From: Octopus vulgaris
Taxonomy: Eukaryota
Assembly (NCBI GenBank): GCA_951406725.2
Contig: OX597834.1
Span: forward strand, 39,308,001-39,372,000
Direction of reading: 5' to 3'
DNA length: 64,000 nucleotides
The translations under genes and the position numbers were made by a program. Each line of letters starts with the position of its first letter. Position 1 is the stretch's first letter. Below are positions 27,850-41,986 of the stretch, one piece after another. Under the pieces are notes generated by a model. The model was not told the origin of the DNA and did no database searches. It worked only from the letters and a program-made list of their open reading frames with translations.

Positions 27850-28145
27850 TCAAAGCGGTACCCCAGCACGGCCACAGTTTAGTGACTGAAACAGGTAAAA
27901 GATATATATATATATATATATATATATATTCTTCTATTCTTTTACACGTTTCAGACATTGATTGCGGCCATGATGGAGCAATGCCTTGAAGAATTTTAGT
28001 CGAAGAATACGATCGCTGGACTTATCCTTTGTAAGCATTGTACTTATTCTATCGGTCTCTTTTGCCGAACTATTAAACTACTAGGACATAAACGCACCAA
28101 CACCGGTATCCAAACGGTGATGCGGGAACAAACACAGACACAAAT
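27850..28145. mobile_element. Two SINE family B 3' parts arranged tail to tail around (TA)n
   Basis: Plus tail gcggtaccccagcacggccacag...gaaacagg, then minus tail gtttcag...gcggccatgatggagca. Confidence 0.75.
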
Positions 28146-28179
28146 GCCCACATACATAGATTTACACACACACACACAC

Positions 28180-28212
<33 letters not shown>

Positions 28213-28484
28213 CTCATATACAAAGGGAAGAATGTTACTGCTATTTAGCCCCAGGAAACACCGTTTCCAGCTGGCACCGACCCATTTTCTGTGTCCTTAT
28301 GTTTTCAAGACAAACAGATCGTGACCAACTCCAGAAGTCCCGAGTTCCATTCATAAAACTCAAAAGTGCTTCCAGCAACTAAGGAACCAGAGTTACTAGG
28401 CTTAAGAAAATTAAGGTTTGGCTCGATTCATTTGAGAAAAATTTTTCAGGGTGGTGTCTCAGCTTACAGACAAACACACACACA

Positions 28485-28552
<68 letters not shown>

Positions 28553-28664
28553 AAATCTTTTACCTTTTTCAGTCATGGGACTACAGTCACGCTGTATGTA
28601 TGAATGGTTGTATGTATGTGTTGTGTTTATGTGCGTGTGCGTGCGTGTGTGTGTGTGTGTCTGT

Positions 28665-28702
<38 letters not shown>

Positions 28703-29027
28703 ATCTATAGCTGTGAAGTTGCTTTACAAAGGATAAAACTATAGAAGGGCTTTTATGAAAGGCCAGTAGCTAACCATGCATACATGCCCCCCCACCTCAC
28801 TACTGCACCGAAATTTTACCAGGGATAGGCAAGATTCCAATATCTTCTGGCATCGCGTAGCCGCTGTCGTTGCCGTCAGATGGTTAACAGCCGGAAGAAT
28901 ACCCCAAGGCTTCTCTTCCGATTTTCTAACAATAACGCCTGTTCACTCAGTTGGTACTTATCGATCATGAAAAGAATGTAAAGTAAAGTGGACCTCCCTA
29001 TACACACACACACACACACACACACAT

Positions 29028-29155
<128 letters not shown>

Positions 29156-29240
29156 AAGATATATACACATGCATATAAGTACAAATACATACATAACCAT
29201 GTATTGCATAACCACTCACAGACATTCAGCAATACATACA

Positions 29241-29299
<59 letters not shown>

Positions 29300-29434
29300 T
29301 CCATACGAAAATATGCAAATGTATATGCATTATATATATGTTTCTTAAATGGCTTACAAACACCTTCCACGCTGCAATTGTTTTCGTTTCAGCACACGAT
29401 CTCAAATCAAATCACTTGCTATGCGAGTACATCT

Positions 29435-29478
<44 letters not shown>

Positions 29479-29601
29479 ATATATAATGTATATCATATAT
29501 ATTATATGTAATTATGTAATATATATAATATATATACAAAACAAACACATATATATATACATACGTATATATACATATATATGTATATATATATACATGT
29601 C

Positions 29602-29644
<43 letters not shown>

Positions 29645-29844
29645 GAATGATATAAGCATGTGCATATGTATATTACACGTATACACACACACATTAGATG
29701 GACAACCGATACACGTGTCACTGATAACATAACCAAGGATAACTCACAGATCGTGGATTTTCAACTGATTTCCTTCTCAGCATTTTGTATTTGCCTTGCA
29801 CATCGTTTTACCTCCAGAACGTTCATTTATTTATCCCCAAACAG

Positions 29845-29915
<71 letters not shown>

Positions 29916-30600
29916 CTTAATTATATGATGTTTATACTTCAACCGTAACGGTTTTTTTTAATATACTGCCCACGCTTCCTGATGGATTCCTTTTCTGTAG
30001 AGAAAGGGACTTCATCCTATATTGTTAGTATATATATATATGTATATATACACATACACACATATTACATTCATCTATCTGTCTCAGTATGTCTCTCAAT
30101 CTACCTATCCGTCTGCATGTGTGTGTTTGTGTTTGTCCATATACATGTCTGTATATATATATATACCCACTTTTAGTAATGAAAATTTGACTGAAACGAT
30201 TCAAAAAGCTTAACAGTGAAGCACCAGAAAGCCATGCCCCTTACTGCACGCGCTAAAAAATTAAAACGTTCGGTTCTGTTAACGTCCATCTTATTCTTCA
30301 ATTTGGTGCCGAATTTTCCATGAAATAAATAAGTTCCTTCGTTTCTCCAATTGCTTGAGGAATCATAAAAAAATACATTAATGCATACATACATATACAT
30401 ATACATATACATATATGTATATATATATATATATACATATATGTATATATATATATATATGCATACAGATTTTGTTTTATATATATTAAGAAAAGAGTTA
30501 ATTATTTGGATAATACATTTTCGTAGCGATTTCTAAACTGCTGAAAGCGCTAAATGCATAATCAACCAAAATTCTGACTACGTCTTTTTTCTTAGTATTT

Positions 30601-30680
<80 letters not shown>

Positions 30681-30703
30681 AAGTATATATATATATACAT
30701 CTA

Positions 30704-30750
<47 letters not shown>

Positions 30751-31115
30751 ATATATATAAAACACGCACGCACATACACACACACACATATATAGGTATG
30801 TATAGATATATTTATATATGTTGTTCTTGATTAGAATGGATAACTTTTTATTCTATACAAGTGAAAATTTTAAGCGTTCCCTTATACACCGACTGTCTTG
30901 GATATTGTCTAACTTCGGTTATTTCCTGGTGAAGATTTTACGGAAGACAAAAATATTTTGAGGGTAAGGAAAATTAAATATTCCTTTTATTAAAAAGAAT
31001 ATATATTTATATATATGCATATAAACAAGTACATTCGCGAAATCACATAGATACATCTTATGGATATACATACATATGTATATTTCGTTTTGGGATTATA
31101 TGTATATATATGTAA

Positions 31116-31333
31116 CAGTGGTTTTCAACCAGGGTTCCCCGGAACCTTAGGGTTCCGCCAGTACAGTCGAGGGGTTCCGCAAGAAGTTACAAAAATGCTA
31201 AAATCGACAGTAATTTTTAATTCTCCTGTGCATATATATGTGTGCATAAGACTATTAAATTATTGCACAGGGGTTCCTCGAGCCCATGAAATGTTTTCTT
31301 GGGGTTCCACTCCAGCAAAAAGGTTGAAAAGCA

Positions 31334-31336
<3 letters not shown>
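31116..31336. mobile_element. hAT (Charlie-like) MITE
   Basis: TIRs cagtggttttcaacc / ggttgaaaagcactg with internal gggttcc repeats. Confidence 0.8.
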
Positions 31337-31373
<37 letters not shown>

Positions 31374-31374
<1 letters not shown>

Positions 31375-31650
31375 ATTTCGTTTTTGCATTATGTTTACAA
31401 TATCTTAGTTTATGTGAGTTCGTGTGTTGAAGCATATTCTGTTGTGTCTGGAGAGAGTCAGTTTCTTTTTGGGCCTTATAATCTAATACACTCACCGGGA
31501 AAATGAGAGCCAAGACTATTGAAAAGGTTGCAAGACGCAACGAAAATTTTAGGAAAATAAAAATAAGAAATAAGCGGAAATTTTACCGCTCAGTGTGTTA
31601 AATTATAAGGCACAAAAAGAAAATTACTCACCCCAGACACAACAGAATAT
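31374..31650 (+). mobile_element. Foldback element (about 70-bp arms) with a U3-A8 hammerhead-like motif in the spacer (31516-31552)
   Basis: Arms 31434-31504 and 31580-31650; cta TTGAAAA g GTTGC aagac GCAAC GAAA AT TT tag. Confidence 0.65.
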
Positions 31651-32080
31651 ATATATATATATATATATTCATACGAACACACATATGTATAATATCCAAG
31701 CAGGTATATATATACATGTATATATGCGTGTGTTTGCGTTTGTCTATACATATTTGTGTTTGGATATATACTTTGTTTCTCGTAGTTAATTGAAAATTTG
31801 GCTAAAACATTTTTAAAAGCTTACCGGTAAAGCACCAGAAAGCCAGGAATCGTATTATTACAGGCACTAAAAGATTCAAACGTTTGGATGGATATGTAAC
31901 ATTTGCAATGCTTACAAATAAGCATCTTGGTTATGTAGCACTCAATACAAAAACTAAAGCCTTATAACAATAATTTATAAAACGTTTGACACAAAATTGA
32001 ATTTTTAGTAACGTAGAATATCCACTATTACATGTTTACATATACATGAATCACTAAAACATGTAAAAAAAACTAAAACG

Positions 32081-32111
<31 letters not shown>

Positions 32112-32114
<3 letters not shown>

Positions 32115-32490
32115 CTAGCAGTATCGCCCGGCGTTGCTCGAATTTGTTTCGAATTTTGTTGGAATTTTTGAAAAGTAAAAATTTTGCATTATGTAGCTCG
32201 TTATTCTTTTAAGTGAACATTTTTCTGGTTGAAATACACCGAAAAATGGCAACACAGCAGTCAAAAAATCGTAAAAATTAGGGATTTTCATAGAAAAAAA
32301 GCACCTTTTTGATGTAAATAATATTTGGTGTTAACATGGTCCGATTTTAATTTTTTCTTCTATGGAAGGAAGAACAAACTTTCTTCTATCATACTCTAAA
32401 TTTTGGTCAACTTGCGCCGCAGGGTCTCGGAGGAGACAGTGTTAGTTGAAGGCTACCAAATCTGCCATACACAGACAACTTCAGCTTTAT
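32112..32490. mobile_element. Non-autonomous Helitron-like element
   Basis: Begins ctagcagtatcgcccggcgttgctcg (CTAG plus GC hairpin end) and ends cagacaacttcagctttatata, within TA tracts. Confidence 0.6.
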
Positions 32491-32514
32491 ATATATATAT
32501 ATATATATATATGC

Positions 32515-32628
<114 letters not shown>

Positions 32629-32644
32629 ACACACGCACATATAT

Positions 32645-32841
32645 ATTTCAGTCATTTGACTGCGACCATGCTGAAGCACCGCTCTTTTATTTAGTCGAAC
32701 AAGTTGACCGCAGAACTTATTTTTTTCTAAAGCCTAGTACTTATTCTGTCGGTCTCTTATGCCTAACCGCTAGTACTCGGGGACGTAAATACGTCAAAAC
32801 CGGTTGCCAATAGATGAGGGTGGGGTGGACAAACACAAACA

Positions 32842-32897
<56 letters not shown>

Positions 32898-33060
32898 CAT
32901 TCACACAAACACACACATATGTACGGCAGATTTCTTTCAGTTTCTGTCTACCAAATCCATTCACAATGCTTTCTTCGGGCCCGTGACTGTAGTAAACATC
33001 TGCCCAAGGTGCCACGCAGTGGACTGTACTCAAAACCATGAAGTTCGGAAGCAAGCTTCA
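32645..33060 (-). mobile_element. SINE family B
   Basis: Colinear with 55537; internal (CA)n. Confidence 0.9.
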
Positions 33061-33295
33061 GTGTAAAGAAGAGGTTATAAACCAAGCTGTGTCCTCGTGA
33101 AGCACATCTGCATTTTCACATTAATCGAATGTATGTATAATGTGTATAGATGTATCATTTTGATCAGGATATACGTAACAATCGAAATTTCACTTGAATT
33201 CTTCTTGCTGAAAAAAATGAATAATTTACCGATCTCCTAAAATACATTTCACACACACGCACAATATATAATATAATACATATATATATAAAATA

Positions 33296-33318
<23 letters not shown>

Positions 33319-33326
<8 letters not shown>

Positions 33327-33757
33327 CTGGAAGATCCTGGAGGGACGTGTCCTGAACTTTGGCATCGAGAGTTACGCAAATGCCAGAACTGGGCGCCACT
33401 GCGTGGTGCCTAGGACTCCAAACTTGCCATCAAGATGTAGGACAAGATTCTGTGATAGCCTGGGCTTCCGAGGCCCACAGCTCTTCAATATCCTCCCGAA
33501 GAACCTGAGAGACCTGCATGGGGTGGATGCAGATGTCTTTAAAATGAAGCTGGATCTCTTCCTGTCAGGTGTCCCAGATGAACCAACTTCACGGCAGGAG
33601 GTGCAGATGAGGGCAGCTGCATCGAACTCTCTCATGCACCAAATGGCAGTTGCTAGAAAGCTTTCGTGAAGTGAAACAAGTAGCAACACCAAATGGCGGT
33701 GCCCCAGCATGGCCACAGCTCATAAGCTGAAACTAGAATCAATCAATCAATCAATCA
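33319..33757 (+). mobile_element. CR1/L2-group LINE 3' end (ORF2 C-terminus, 3' UTR, (AATC)n tail)
   Basis: IYIWKILEG...GFRGPQLFNILPKNLRD...FKMKLDLFLSGVPDEP...RAAASNSL, stop at 33669. Confidence 0.8.
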
Positions 33758-33880
33758 TATATATATATATAGGCAAATCGTCGCTAAACCCTTAATTACT
33801 TAGTATTACTTATTCCTTGAATGGGGCTTTTATATATTGATGATTATTTCTAAATTAATTAATTTCACCCTTTATTATTG

Positions 33881-33935
<55 letters not shown>

Positions 33936-34158
33936 AAATTAGGGTATCTGAGAGATACCACCATGCTGAAATAGCAGTCAAAACCCTGACCCTAAACCCA
34001 CCTTAAATGTTCATATCGCGCCAGGAGAAAAGACAGAAAGACAAAATAAACTAGCAAAAAAGATTTTACTGGATAATTCAAGATCCTGGATTTCTGACTT
34101 TGCTTCAGAAAAGGTCTGCCTTTTTCAGTTGAATATACCAGAAATCACACATAAATAC

Positions 34159-34204
<46 letters not shown>

Positions 34205-34333
34205 CATGCGTTATACTTACATATACGAACGCCTATACATACGTATATAATATGCACGTATGTACAAGACCAGCCTAAATTGCCCGCCAAACATCTCCAT
34301 ATTAAAATAAACACCATAGTGAATACAATGACG

Positions 34334-34375
<42 letters not shown>

Positions 34376-34417
34376 ACAAATTATATATATATATACAAAA
34401 TATAATATAATATATAC

Positions 34418-34500
<83 letters not shown>

Positions 34501-34533
34501 CTACAATATAATATATATATATATATATATATA

Positions 34534-34576
<43 letters not shown>

Positions 34577-34594
34577 GTTAGGTTTAGGTGGGCC

Positions 34595-34757
34595 TCCTTC
34601 TTGAAGGGCTTTAGTCGAACAAATCGATCCCAGGACTTCTTTTAAAGCCTGGTACTTATTCTGTCGGTTCTTTGTCCGAACCGCTTGGTTATTGGGGTGT
34701 ACGTACACCAGCACCTGTTGTCACGCGGTGGTGGGGAACAAACACACACACGTAGAT

Positions 34758-34815
<58 letters not shown>

Positions 34816-34972
34816 GTATTTCACGAACTTCTTTCAGTTGCCGTCTACCAAATTCAACCACAAGTCTTTGGTCAACCCGAGGGTACAGCAGAAGTCATTT
34901 GGCCAAGTTGGCATGCAGCGGGACTGAACCCGGGATCATGTGGTTGAGAAGTAAGCTTCTTACCACACAGCC
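34595..34972 (-). mobile_element. SINE family B
   Basis: Colinear with 55537. Confidence 0.85.
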
Positions 34973-35482
34973 AAAAATTCTCTTCTCTCTCAGTAATTAC
35001 ATTTTCCGTAAAAACTTAATCAGAAAAGAACAGAAGTTAGACTAGCTGTTTTTTTCCAATAAAGAGGGAGGTCGATTTCATCGATATACAAAGGTATGAT
35101 TTGAAGACATGTTTGAAAAATATATTTCATAAAACTTTCTCTCATTGGAATTGGATGATTGATTATTGATAAGAGTGCTACAACACATTATCTTCTATTC
35201 TTGTGTTGTCAATATATCTTACAACATCCACATACATGAATCTGTATATATAATTTCTGAATTCTGAATTAAATCAAAGTTTTGTTCAAAGAAGTTGTGA
35301 GTATTCTAGACATATTTAGACACAGTTTCCAATGGAAGAAATAGTTTTTAAATATACGGATTTTATAGATTAAACTTATACACATGAAAAAATATGTTGT
35401 ATTGATGCAATGAAATATAGAATTAATTGCAAGATCTTTCACAATGTTACTTATATTTTTTTATATATTTCATGTTCTTTAC

Positions 35483-35730
35483 TTACAATTGACGGATATT
35501 TGTCCTCATCTTGTTTGTTGTTAACACAACGTTTCATTTGATATATCCTCCAGCCTTCATCAGGTGTCTTGGGAAATTACGAACCTGGATTCGTAATTTC
35601 CCCAAGATACCTGATGAAGGCTGGAGATACATCCGACGAAACGTTGTGTTAACAACAAACAAGATGAGGACAAATATCCGTCAGTTGTAAATAATGTACG
35701 TAATTCCTCGTCTCTTAAATATAGAACTGT
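35483..35730. mobile_element. Foldback element (about 100-bp arms, 6-nt loop) with a hammerhead motif in each arm
   Basis: Plus 35607-35649: atac CTGATGA a ggctgga...tccgac GAAA CG TT gtgt. Minus 35524-35567: acac CTGATGA a ggctgg... GAAA CG TT gtgt. Confidence 0.85.
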
Positions 35731-35809
35731 ATTTCCTGTTCTTATTCAAACCAACGTTATATATATATATACATACGTACATACATACATAATACATACA
35801 TACATACAT

Positions 35810-35894
<85 letters not shown>

Positions 35895-35979
35895 AATACA
35901 CATATACAAATATAGTTGTTGTTATTAATAATCGGCAAAAAGCTACAAGCGAGGCACTATATACATGTATGTTTGTGTG

Positions 35980-36053
<74 letters not shown>

Positions 36054-36206
36054 TGTATGTATGTATGTTTGTGTATATATATATATATATATGTATGTAT
36101 TCATCTATGTGTATGTACATATAGATATGCGTGTGTGTGTAGAGAGAGAGAGATAAATATACATACATATATATAAACATTTATACATATATATATATAT
36201 ATATAT

Positions 36207-36622
36207 TCTCTCTTTTACTCTTTTTTTCTCTTTTACTTGTTTCACTCATTTGACTGCGGCCATTCTGGAGCACCGCCTTTTAGTCGAGCAACTCGACCCC
36301 GGGACTTATTCTTTTGTAAGCCCAGTACTTATTCTATCGGTCTCTTTTGTCGAACCGCTAAGTAACGGGGACATAATCACATCAGCATCGGTTGTCAAGC
36401 AATGCTAGGGGGACAAACACAGACAGACAAACACACACACGCATATATATATACATATATACGACAGGCTTCTTTCAGTTTCCGTCTACCAAATCCACTC
36501 ACAAGGCTTTGGTCGGCCCGAGGCTATAATAGAAGGCACTTGCCCAAGGTGCCACACAGTGGGACTGAACCCGGAACCATGTGGTTAGTAAAGAAGCTAC
36601 TTTACCACACAGCCACTCCTGC

Positions 36623-36623
<1 letters not shown>
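36207..36623 (-). mobile_element. SINE family B, full length
   Basis: Minus head gcaggagtggctgtgtggtaaagtagcttc...ggttccgggttcagtcccac; (GTAAAAGA)-like tail. Confidence 0.95.
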
Positions 36624-36662
<39 letters not shown>

Positions 36663-36683
36663 TTATATATGTAAATATGTATT

Positions 36684-36736
<53 letters not shown>

Positions 36737-36820
36737 ATATATAAATTTATATATATATATATATATAGTGTAAATTTACCTATGTTAACATATAATTTAT
36801 GTAAATAATATACATATATC

Positions 36821-36861
<41 letters not shown>

Positions 36862-36985
36862 TATCATTTTATAAATAGATTGCAGTGTATTTTTATTCTT
36901 TTAACAATAACACGGAAAAATATACAAATTCATCATTTGTTTACACCTGCTAAAATGTCTTATTGACGAGTTTCGTTTTTTTTGC

Positions 36986-37079
36986 ACTTTCCTGAGTGAG
37001 AAGATTGCATTGTTTATACCATTTATTCTTTTAGGAATGGTCGTCAGTGGCCGAAATTTTCGAAACATGTGTCGAAAGT
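36986..37079 (+). ncRNA. Hammerhead-like motif with CUGAGUGA core and extended helix II
   Basis: actttc CTGAGTGA GAAGATT...AATTTTC GAAA CATGTG TC gaaagt; 6-bp helix I, 7-bp helix II base, GUC site. Confidence 0.75.
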
Positions 37080-37185
37080 AAAAATATTTGTTTACACCTG
37101 CACACAACTCCATTTTTTATTCATATATATGTTATATATATTTGTTTTAAGATTTTTATGTGAAATAACGTGTGCAAAGAAACAG

Positions 37186-37338
37186 ATATTGTTGTATTTA
37201 GGAATGGTCACACAACACACACACACAACACACATTAAGATTATATATATAAAATAAATAACGCTGAAGCAAAGTAACACCAAATATATCGTGCGTGTGT
37301 TTTTATTGGCTAAACTGGCAATATGACCATTCCTAAAT

Positions 37339-37348
<10 letters not shown>
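37186..37348. repeat. Perfect 25-bp inverted repeat
   Basis: atattgttgtatttaggaatggtca (37186-37210) / tgaccattcctaaatacaacaatat (37324-37348). Confidence 0.85.
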
Positions 37349-37380
<32 letters not shown>

Positions 37381-37409
37381 ATGTATTATACAGATATATA
37401 TATACTTTT

Positions 37410-37890
37410 GGTAGTTGTCTACTCCTTATGAAGAGTCTGACCGCCTTCTGTACCTACGCCTTAGATCCATCATGGCGTCTGATGTAGCTTTTTAAAACAG
37501 ACAATGTATTGAAAAAGACACCCACATAGATTGTATATTCGCTCTTAGACCACCAGGGACTGCAGCCAAGTTCTGATATTTGTGGATCTTAAAATGTCTC
37601 TTGAGGCCTATGTTAGATTGGCAGACCTTATGGCATACACCGCCTTAAAAGGCAGAATAGTTGCTGGAGATTCGTTCTTCATGGATCCGTAAATGAGATT
37701 TGAGCCCAGCAAAAGAAAGACATGGTCTGTCACAAGATGTGCACACAAAAAAGGTTACTGAGATTCATCTTCTCAATGCAACATCCTTCTTTAAATTTCT
37801 CTTGCATGTGATATCCTGGCCTCCTCAAAGGTTTTCACTCCACTCCACACTTTTGTTCGCCATCCAGCTCGACCAGAAGCAAGGGTTTGG
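37410..37890 (-). mobile_element. RTE LINE 3' end with C2H2 zinc finger
   Basis: TLASGRAGWRTKVWSGVKTFEEARISHA... then CTSCDRPCLSFAGLKSHLRIH. Confidence 0.75.
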
Positions 37891-37898
37891 ATATATAC

Positions 37899-37948
<50 letters not shown>

Positions 37949-38074
37949 ACAAAAACACACATATATATGGTGGGGTTTGTGAAATGTGTGTGGATGCTTG
38001 TGTGTGTATTTGATTGCGTGTGCACGCATTTTGGTGTATATATTTATATATGATATATATATTATAAGTATGTA

Positions 38075-38212
<138 letters not shown>

Positions 38213-38221
38213 CATGTATAT

Positions 38222-38410
38222 ATATTTCGTTTTCGGATTTGGTTTGCAAGATTCTTTATATGAGTTCTTTTTGTGCCTTATAATATAACTCACTCACCGG
38301 TAAAATTTCAACTTTTTTCTTATTTTAATTTTTCTAAAATTTTCCTTGCGTTTTTTAACTTTTTCAATAGTTTTGAGAGTCAAAACTATTGAAAAGGTTG
38401 CAAGACGTAG
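38222..38410. mobile_element. Second copy of the 31374 family with its own inversion junction
   Basis: ttttcaatagttttg agagt caaaactattgaaaa; shares gtgccttataat...cactcaccggtaaaat. Confidence 0.7.
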
Positions 38411-38597
38411 TTCTCGGGGAGATTCAGCGTGACAGAGAGTGTGACAAAGCTAGCAATTTGAAATACAGGTACAACCGAACGAGGAAGAAATAATAACAGA
38501 AAGTTGTGGTGAAAGAGTAGAGCAGGGTTCGCTACCAACCTCTGCCGGAGCCTCGTGAACCTTTTGGTGTTTTCGTTCAATAAACACTCACAATAAA

Positions 38598-38900
38598 GCG
38601 GCGAGCTGGCAGAATCTCTAGCTAGCCGGGCGAAATGCATAGCAGTATTTCGTCGACCATTACGTTCTGAGTTCAAATTCTGCCGAGGCCGACTTTGCCT
38701 TTCTCCCTTTTGGGGTCGATAAATTAAGTACCAGTGACGCACTGGGGTCGATGTAATCGACTTAATCCCTTCGTCTGTCCGTGTTTGTCCCCTCTATGTT
38801 TAGCCCCTGTGGGCAATAAAGAAATAAGAAACGTTAGCACGCCGAGCGAAATGCTTAGCAGTATTTCGTCTGTCTTTATGTTCTGAGTTCAAATTCTGCG
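38598..38900 (+). mobile_element. SINE family A plus headless second copy
   Basis: gcggcgagctggcagaatc...caataaagaaataag, then aaacgttagcacgcc... Confidence 0.9.
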
Positions 38901-39216
38901 CTCTCTGTAAACCAATTAAATTTTCCGAAAACATCATCGATAACAGTTTAATTGCAGTTTCATTAAACTATCTAGATGTTTAGAATGTTCTTCCTTTGAT
39001 ACGGTTCAAACATTCCTGTCAGAGTCTTCCAGGTCGGTCCCAATTTTGGATACAAAACATCTTGGAACATTTAGAAAGCTGACCACATTTAAATCTCTGC
39101 GTTCCACACATTTGGCAACAATGACTGCGTGGCTTTCCATTTCTTGCGTTAGCATTTTATCTGCCATGAGGGATCTGAAAGAAATAAAATCCATTTAATT
39201 GGTTTACAGAGAGTGC
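38898..39216 (-). mobile_element. Tc1/mariner-like transposase N-terminal remnant between 21-bp inverted repeats
   Basis: [38 protein letters not shown] (HTH-like); ctctctgtaaaccaattaaat / atttaattggtttacagagag. Confidence 0.5.
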
Positions 39217-39296
39217 TAATTAAGTGCCTTCAATTAGACATCTCAGCCTGTATAATGTATGCACAGACACGGACTCAGAGACACACACAGACACAC

Positions 39297-39342
<46 letters not shown>

Positions 39343-39416
39343 GTATGTACGCATGTATATATATATATATATATGTATGTATGTACGCATGTATATATAT
39401 ATGTATGTATGTACGC

Positions 39417-39460
<44 letters not shown>

Positions 39461-40367
39461 TCCTACATATATGTCTATCATATCTAACCATCTATCCACA
39501 GAAAGAAAGAGACAAACAGACAGACACAGAAAGATAGATAGATAGATATGCATATTTGTGTTATGAGTGTGTTTATGTGTGTTTGTGTGTATGTAGGTGT
39601 GTGCGTGCTTGTTTTCACCTGAAAATCGTGTGTGCGTGTGTTTCCCATTGCCACTCGAGTTGTTTTAATTAACGTATCTCCAACGACATTTCTTAAACGC
39701 TATTCTTTTATTCATTCGGCACACATCAACATTTGCCTAATAAACATTCATATATACATAGATACCTACATACACAAACACACACATACACACACGTAAG
39801 CACACAAGCACACAAACGCATACACACACATATATGTGAGTGTGTGTGTTTGATGGCGTTCCATTGTCGCATAAAAATCCTGAGATTGTATCAGAAGAGA
39901 TACCTCCAAGATGACTGACACGATGTAATATCGAATTCAGAACTGCATGAACGCAAGGCAGATCTCTGAACCAGCTTCGCCATGCTGCAGCACCGATATA
40001 AGTATGATTAACAAAATAAAACTGGAGTCTGATGATCAGTTTTAAAGGGTAGACGATGTATATCTATTGAAATAGCAGTAAAACGATAATTGATCTTTCA
40101 AACACAATAGAAGCGGATGCAAAAATTTTGTATATCATATAATATATTTATTAGATATTTTACTGAAAAGACCTTTATACGTACACGTTCATTATTACAT
40201 ATATATACATATACACATGCCTAACATGAATATTTTACATATATATAGATTGGGTACACACACGTATATATACATACATACTCACACACACACATACATA
40301 TATTCATATATATATATATATGTATATATATATTCATATATATATATACCTGTATACATATATATTT

Positions 40368-40404
<37 letters not shown>

Positions 40405-40525
40405 CATATATGCATATAAACATACGAGTATATATATATATATTTATATGCATGTATATGTATAAATTATACACTCATATATACATAAGCATACGTATAA
40501 ATATGTACATGTACATAAATATGCG

Positions 40526-40556
<31 letters not shown>

Positions 40557-40618
40557 TGTGCATATATATATACATATATATATTTTATATGTATATGTAT
40601 TTTATATGCATGTATATA

Positions 40619-40682
<64 letters not shown>

Positions 40683-41026
40683 TATTTCATATGTAGATAT
40701 ATTTTATATATATGTATATATATAAATATATACATATGCATGTAAAGTTGTACGTATTTTTAAACTTATTCAGATACAGCAACAGATAAATATTTGTACA
40801 TGATAAGGTTATTTTCTATTGAGTGTCTATCACACTCACACACGCACAAACATAGGCACACAGACACATACACACAAGAAATCGTATACGCGCATGCAAA
40901 CCCACTAACATATATATGTACACATTTACATACATATATATATATATATATATATACACACATGCATACATTTATATATAGAAAGAGAGAGATAGCTAGA
41001 TAGATATATCTATATACATATCTATA

Positions 41027-41060
<34 letters not shown>

Positions 41061-41335
41061 TTGTGTGTGTGTCTGTCTGTGTGTGTATGTATGTATGTAT
41101 GTATATATATATATATATATACGCTTTCATATTTATATATTTCATATTTATATATATATGTACGCATATATTGGTACGCTTGTAAGTATGTATGCGCGTA
41201 AATGCCCTTATACCCATATATGTGTATCTATCTATTTATACAGTGATAAATACACCATTTAAAATATTAATACAATGTTCTATATATACATGTTTTCTAT
41301 CACTGTATATATATGTGTACATACATACACATATA

Positions 41336-41369
<34 letters not shown>

Positions 41370-41393
41370 TAGATAGATATATATATATGTATG

Positions 41394-41431
<38 letters not shown>

Positions 41432-41528
41432 AATATACATATATATGTATATACCTATATATATAAGATATATATACATATATATACACATACGTATATG
41501 TATGAATTCATGGATATATGCGTTTATG

Positions 41529-41608
<80 letters not shown>

Positions 41609-41764
41609 TATATGTATTTATGTATTTTTAAATATATATTTATCTTTATGAAGAAAATGTATTGAGCGATCTTTCAGAAAAATGTTATATGAATTTTATA
41701 AACTTGACATGAAGACAAATATGCGTTTGTGAGTGTGAGTGTAAATATATAAATATATAAATAT

Positions 41765-41809
<45 letters not shown>

Positions 41810-41929
41810 GCCACACACAAACACACACGTATATATATATATGTATATATATAAACATGGATAGGCATATAGATAGATTGAGAGATAGAAAGATCGATAG
41901 CTAGATGGAAATAAGTATGCATGTATATA

Positions 41930-41986
<57 letters not shown>

